A DNA stretch of 64,000 nt from an uncultured Eubacteriales bacterium. Its GTDB lineage: Bacteria > Bacillota > Clostridia > Oscillospirales > Acutalibacteraceae. Numbering within the stretch: the first letter of the stretch is position 1; each line of letters starts with the position of its first letter. The stretch is from contig CAYSPZ010000001.1 in assembly GCA_964433065.1 (NCBI GenBank), forward strand, positions 28,651 through 92,650, in the 5' to 3' direction. The position numbers were made by a program, and so were the translations under genes. Below, one piece after another: positions 59,927 through 64,000 of the stretch. The notes under the pieces are model-generated. The model saw only the letters and a program-made list of their open reading frames with translations, was not told where the DNA came from and searched no databases.

Positions 59927-61198
59927 TTAGAACACGAAATCAAATTCCAGATCGTAGATACTGACCGTGTCGCCTTCCGCGACCCCCGCATCGACCAGTT
60001 TCTGAATGACGCCGGTGGATTGCAATACCCGTTCGAAATACTGTAAACTGTCGGGTTCTTGCAGGTCGATGGTCTGTAACAGGCGGAGTAACCATTCCCC
60101 TTCCACGAAAAACACACCGTCGTGATTTTGAATGGTGACCTCTTTGCCTTTGAGCGATTCGATGTCCGCGACGGGGACGGGATCCGCTTCAAACGCGCGG
60201 ATAGGCGGCAGTTGCGATAACCGTTCGGCGCACGCGTTGACGAGGTCGCCCGTTCCGTGTGCGATTGCCGCCATCATCGGGAAATACGCGTATCCGCGTT
60301 TTTTCATTTCTTCTTCGAATGCCGCCAACTGTTCGTCGGTCGCGAGGTCGCATTTGTTCCCCGCCACGATCATCGGACGGGCGGCGAGTTCGGGATTGAA
60401 CTTTTCAAGTTCCGCGTTGATGGTATCGAAATCTTCGATGGGATCGCGTCCTTCACTGCCCGCCACATCGACGATGTGGACCAGCAGACGGCACCGCTCT
60501 ACGTGCCGTAAAAATTCGTGACCGAGACCCACCCCTTCGCTGGCGCCTTCGATGACACCGGGGATGTCCGCCATCACGAACGAAACACCTTCCTGTACGC
60601 GGACGACACCGAGTACGGGGGTGATGGTGGTGAAATGGTAGTTGGCGATCTCGGGTTTGGCTTCACTGACCACCGACACTAAGGTGGATTTGCCGACGTT
60701 GGGAAAACCCACCAGACCCACGTCCGCGAGCAGTTTGAGTTCTAAACGCAGTTCGTATTCCTCGCCGGGTGTACCGGGTTTGGCGAAACGGGGGACCTGA
60801 CGGGTGGGGGTGGCAAAATGACGGTTACCCCAGCCGCCTCTGCCGCCTTTTGCGGCGATAAACGGCTCGTCCGACGAGATATCCGCAAGCAGTCTGCCGG
60901 TCGCGTTATCGTACAGCAACGTACCGCGCGGTACCGCGATGACCAGATCGTCACCGCGTTTTCCGCAACAACGGTTGGTCCCGCCGTTTTCACCCGACGG
61001 CGCTGTGTATTTGCGTTTATACCGAAAATCCGACAGGGTATTACTGCCGTCCTGTGCGACGAACACGACGTTGCCGCCGCGACCGCCGTCACCGCCGTCG
61101 GGACCGCCAGCCGCCACAAACTTTTCACGGTGAAACGCCACCGCGCCGTGACCGCCGTTCCCCGCTTTGATGCGGATGACCGCTTTATCGATAAACAT
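59927..61198 (-). CDS. obg: GTPase Obg/CgtA
   Basis: MFIDKAVIRIKAGNGGHGAVAFHREKF..GGPDGGDGGRGG..GFPNVGKST..DIPG..NKCD plus a C-terminal TGS-like OCT domain. Confidence 0.95.
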   Translation of the reverse strand: MFIDKAVIRIKAGNGGHGAVAFHREKFVAAGGPDGGDGGRGGNVVFVAQDGSNTLSDFRYKRKYTAPSGENGGTNRCCGKRGDDLVIAVPRGTLLYDNATGRLLADISSDEPFIAAKGGRGGWGNRHFATPTRQVPRFAKPGTPGEEYELRLELKLLADVGLVGFPNVGKSTLVSVVSEAKPEIANYHFTTITPVLGVVRVQEGVSFVMADIPGVIEGASEGVGLGHEFLRHVERCRLLVHIVDVAGSEGRDPIEDFDTINAELEKFNPELAARPMIVAGNKCDLATDEQLAAFEEEMKKRGYAYFPMMAAIAHGTGDLVNACAERLSQLPPIRAFEADPVPVADIESLKGKEVTIQNHDGVFFVEGEWLLRLLQTIDLQEPDSLQYFERVLQSTGVIQKLVDAGVAEGDTVSIYDLEFDFVF

Positions 61199-61243
61199 AG
61201 GATCTCCTCCTTTATGGTGTGCTTAGATGTGGAATCCTGCCCG

Positions 61244-61423
61244 AACGCAACAGTACCCGAGTATGTTGCGGCTTTCTGTCCTTGCGGACAGAGAAATTTT
61301 CGTTTCGCCTAAGCCGCGAAGCGCCGTTATCCTAACGGATCACAAGCGACAAGGCAACGGCGAACGGGAATTTATCGTTTGCAAGGCAGAACAAGGCGCA
61401 ACAGATTCGGGTACTGTTGCGTT
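61244..61423. other. Structured 180-nt element in the obg upstream region, with mutually exclusive long-range and local helices
   Basis: AACGCAACAGTACCCGA (61244-61260) is the exact reverse complement of 61407-61423. Each arm can instead fold locally (61246-61270 and 61397-21). Internal hairpins include TCTGTCC/GGACAGA near 61276. Confidence 0.5.
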
Positions 61424-61456
61424 AAAAAAAGCGCAGCCGCATACTGCGGTTGCGCT
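61424..61456 (-). terminator. Rho-independent terminator of ptsH
   Basis: On the minus strand: AGCGCAACCGC AGTAT GCGGCTGCGCT (11-bp stem with one G-U pair) followed by TTTTTTT, 14 nt after the stop at 61470. Confidence 0.75.
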
Positions 61457-61469
61457 TTTACAGACGGAA

Positions 61470-61733
61470 TTATTCCGCGAAGCCGGATTGCACCAGAGCA
61501 ACCAACGCTTCAACGGCGGCTTCTTCGTCCGCACCGTCGGCGATGATACGAATGTTCGTACCGCCCACGATACCGAGCGACAACACACCTAACAAACTTT
61601 TTGCATTGACGCGGCGCTCCTCACGTTCGACCCACAAAGAGGATTTGAACTCGTTGGCTTTCTGGATGAAAAAGGTCGCCGGACGGGCATGCAGACCGAC
61701 TTGGTTCTGTACCAAAACATCTTTAACGTACAT
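61470..61733 (-). CDS. ptsH: Phosphocarrier protein HPr
   Basis: GLHARPA (His15 site) and NAKSLLGVLSLG (Ser46 site) in an 87-aa protein. Start moved to MYVKDV. Confidence 0.9.
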   Translation of the reverse strand: MYVKDVLVQNQVGLHARPATFFIQKANEFKSSLWVEREERRVNAKSLLGVLSLGIVGGTNIRIIADGADEEAAVEALVALVQSGFAE

Positions 61734-61770
61734 AATTTTCTCCCTTTCGTCTTTGCAAAATCTACTATTA

Positions 61771-61798
61771 TAGTATACCAAAAACGACCCGCCAGTCA
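61771..61798 (-). promoter_or_regulatory. Candidate promoter of ptsH
   Basis: On the minus strand: TTGACT, 16 nt, TATACT with TGG upstream (extended -10), about 38 nt upstream of the ATG (RBS AAGGGAG). Confidence 0.55.
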
Positions 61799-61910
61799 AC
61801 AAATTTTCCTGCTAAAATCCGCCAAAAATCGCATTTTTGGAACTCTGCCCTATTTTGGACAACCGTCGACCGCGCCGTTTGTGCAATTTCACAATACTGT
61901 GGAAGAAATT

Positions 61911-62657
61911 TTATGTATCTTGTTCAGTTTCCTGCGCCCATTCGGCTAAAAAACTCTTTTCTTTCTCCGAAAGATCGGCATTTTTTAGCATATCGGGGCG
62001 GTGTTTTAAGGTGCGTTTGAGTGACTGTTCCCGCCGCCATTTTTCAATGTTGGCATGGTGACCCGACAGTAACACTTCGGGTACTTCCCGTCCTTCCCAC
62101 ACGGCGGGACGGGTGTATTGCGGGTATTCGAGCAAGGACGAAAAATGGCTCTCTTCGGTGAAACAGATCTCGTCCGCCAGTACACCCGGTACCATCCGCG
62201 AAACGCAGTCGACCAGTACCATCGCGGGCAGTTCACCGCCCGTCAGTACGTAGTCGCCGATGGAGATCTGCTCGTCAACGAGCGCGTCCAGTACCCGCTC
62301 GTCCACCCCTTCGTAGTGACCGCACAGCAGACACAGTTCGGGCAACTCGGCAAGTTCCCGCGCCCGCTGTTGGGTGAGGGTCTTGCCCTGCGGCGAGAGG
62401 TAAATGAGATGGGGCTTATGTCCCAGTTCGGCACACACCGCGCGAAAACAGTCGGCGATGGGTTGCGCGTTCATCACCATGCCCATTCCGCCGCCGTACG
62501 GGTAGTCGTCCACCTGTTTTTGTTTGTTTTCGGTGTAGTCGCGAATTTGATGACACCGAATATCCAGTATCCTCTTTTGCCGTGCGCGACCGATGATACT
62601 CTCGCCGAGTACCGCGTCGCACGCGTCGGGGAACAGGGTCAAAATATCAAATCTCAT
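61911..62657 (-). CDS. trmD: tRNA (guanine37-N1)-methyltransferase
   Basis: [32 protein letters not shown] are canonical TrmD motifs. Start moved to 62657. Confidence 0.95.
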   Translation of the reverse strand: MRFDILTLFPDACDAVLGESIIGRARQKRILDIRCHQIRDYTENKQKQVDDYPYGGGMGMVMNAQPIADCFRAVCAELGHKPHLIYLSPQGKTLTQQRARELAELPELCLLCGHYEGVDERVLDALVDEQISIGDYVLTGGELPAMVLVDCVSRMVPGVLADEICFTEESHFSSLLEYPQYTRPAVWEGREVPEVLLSGHHANIEKWRREQSLKRTLKHRPDMLKNADLSEKEKSFLAEWAQETEQDT

Positions 62658-63159
62658 CGTCAAACAATCCTGCCATTGCAAAAATTCGGATCTCGCCGCC
62701 GTCGATGTCCACTTTTCGAATCACGTCGGGAATGGCGGGGATCAGGATCTCTTTCCCGTCGGTGGTGCGCAGATGATACACGTTGTTGGAACCCGTTTCG
62801 CTGACGTCCACACATTCACCGTAGACGGTGCCGTTATCGTCGTCCACCACCGAAAGCCCGATCAGGTCACAGATGAAATACCGTCCTTTTTCGAGTTTCA
62901 CGTCCTTGCGGTTTAAGTACAGCACGGTACCGCGAAGCGCCTGTGCCTGTTCGACGGTATCCACACCGCCGAGTTTCGCGAGGACGATGTTCTTATGCGG
63001 ACGGCAACTGACCTTGACGGGGCGGGCGCCCTCGTCAAAATACAGCGTCTTGATGGGGGTCAGTACGGCGGGGGAATCGCACCACGGTTGGATACGTACT
63101 TCGCCGCGCACACCGTGGGTGCCCACGATCTGACCCGCTTCCAGAAACCGTTTATTCAT
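62647..63159 (-). CDS. rimM: 16S rRNA processing protein RimM
   Basis: ..[19 protein letters not shown].. N-terminal barrel plus a PRC barrel C-terminus. Start moved to MNKRFLE (63159). Confidence 0.9.
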   Translation of the reverse strand: MNKRFLEAGQIVGTHGVRGEVRIQPWCDSPAVLTPIKTLYFDEGARPVKVSCRPHKNIVLAKLGGVDTVEQAQALRGTVLYLNRKDVKLEKGRYFICDLIGLSVVDDDNGTVYGECVDVSETGSNNVYHLRTTDGKEILIPAIPDVIRKVDIDGGEIRIFAMAGLFDDEI

Positions 63160-64000
63160 CGTACTGCCTCTTTCAACGCGTCGACGCGGTCGGTCTTTTC
63201 CCATTGCACGTCCACGTCTTCGCGACCCATATGTCCGTATGCCGCGAGCGCGCGGTATTGCGGACGGCGCAGTCTGAGCGTTTCAATGATGGCGGCGGGA
63301 CGGAAATCGAACACCGCCTGCACCGCTTCGGCTAACCGCTCGTCCGACACGATGCCGGTCCCTTTGGTATCCACCAGCACCGATACGGGACGCGCCACAC
63401 CGATGGCATACGCGACCTGTACTTCGCAACGGGTGGCAAGACCTGCGGCAACCACGTTTTTCGCGGCATACCGCGCCATATAACTGGCGGAACGGTCAAC
63501 CTTGGTCGGGTCTTTGCCCGAGAACGCGCCGCCGCCGTGCGCGGCATAACCGCCGTAGGTGTCGACGATGATCTTACGACCGGTAAGACCGCTGTCGCCC
63601 TGCGGACCGCCGACCACGAACCGTCCGGTCGGGTTGATGAAGAATTTGGTGTTTTCGTCTAACAGGTGCGCGGGAACGGTCGGGCGAATGAGCAACCGCT
63701 CGATGTCGGCGCGGATCTGCGACAGTTCCACGTCGGCGGCGTGTTGGGTGGAGACCACCACCGTGTCCACGCGGACGGGGGTATCGCCGTCGTATTCCAC
63801 CGTCACCTGCGTTTTCCCGTCGGGACGCAGATACGGCAACGTGCCGTTTTTACGAAGCGCGGTCAGTTCTTTCGCCAACCGATGCGACAGCGCGATGGGA
63901 AGCGGCATCAGTTCGTCCGTTTCGGTACACGCGTACCCGAACATCAAGCCCTGGTCACCCGCGCCGATACGGTCGTACGCGTCGGTACTCTCTTCACGGG
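63156..64000 (-). CDS. metK: S-adenosylmethionine synthetase (C-terminal about 280 aa; the N-terminus lies beyond the right window edge)
   Basis: ..[49 protein letters not shown].. The frame stays open to base 64000. Its stop overlaps the rimM start (ATGA). Confidence 0.95.
   Translation of the reverse strand, partial: REESTDAYDRIGAGDQGLMFGYACTETDELMPLPIALSHRLAKELTALRKNGTLPYLRPDGKTQVTVEYDGDTPVRVDTVVVSTQHAADVELSQIRADIERLLIRPTVPAHLLDENTKFFINPTGRFVVGGPQGDSGLTGRKIIVDTYGGYAAHGGGAFSGKDPTKVDRSASYMARYAAKNVVAAGLATRCEVQVAYAIGVARPVSVLVDTKGTGIVSDERLAEAVQAVFDFRPAAIIETLRLRRPQYRALAAYGHMGREDVDVQWEKTDRVDALKEAVR

Noticed and set aside
61199-61469. A T-box, a ribosomal-protein leader or a known riboswitch upstream of obg.
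   Set aside because: I could find no T-box motif (AGAGA/specifier loop/T-box sequence) or other recognisable riboswitch core. The downstream gene is neither an aminoacyl-tRNA synthetase nor a ribosomal-protein gene.
1-64000. CRISPR arrays, rRNA or tRNA genes, prophage genes, toxin-antitoxin pairs or known defence systems.
   Set aside because: There are no regularly spaced direct repeats, no cloverleaf-like or rRNA-like segments in the intergenic regions, and no ORF with nuclease, helicase, methylase or phage structural signatures.

Overview
Gene-dense chromosomal window, about 63 protein-coding genes and mostly on the minus strand. The gene content looks like a Gram-positive anaerobe (Clostridia, Oscillospiraceae-like): mini-RNase III, NrdR, HPr, Obg, and a cohesin/dockerin surface protein. 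I found no rRNA, tRNA, CRISPR array, transposase or integrase. All calls rest on reading the ORF translations and the DNA by eye (motif recall, no searches), so family names are provisional. Layout: (1) 178-16495, one minus-strand Wzx/Wzy heteropolysaccharide operon. It carries fnlABC (UDP-L-FucNAc), five glycosyltransferases, a small phosphoglycosyl transferase, and an unusual PIG-L deacetylase + ATP-grasp + DASS permease set. (2) 16670-21220, a GH43 gene and a GlpA-like/FAD oxidoreductase/DUF1667 trio. (3) 21266-34402, a 12-gene minus-strand sugar or amino-sugar catabolic operon plus divergent SIS and DeoR genes. It has two class I aldolases, two amidases, a NagB-fold protein, an FGGY kinase, a TIM-family isomerase, YjbQ and an unknown duplicated protein, but no transporter. 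The block is bracketed by near-identical terminator modules. (4) 34740-37687, a roughly 1000-aa LRR/Cys-repeat/cohesin/dockerin surface protein split by a -1 frame change. (5) 38106-45239, a seven-gene all-oxidoreductase operon built around a type I dehydroquinase-like protein, with a divergent AraC regulator. (6) 45292-53815, mixed accessory genes: phosphoesterase, GH127, MarA-like regulator, Asp-box (BNR repeat) sialidase-like protein, HAD hydrolase, DMT-like (EamA-type) transporter, XRE regulator, ArsB/NhaD-type permease. (7) 53873-64000, housekeeping genes: pyk, a TarI/IspD-like gene, nrdR, mrnC, obg, ptsH, trmD, rimM, metK. Four long intergenic regions (about 34.4, 37.7, 58.4 and 61.2 kb) contain highly structured repeat-like elements that no gene explains. 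The best candidates for undescribed biology are the 21-34 kb catabolic operon, the 38-44 kb redox operon, the tailoring triad in the polysaccharide locus, and the structured intergenic elements.
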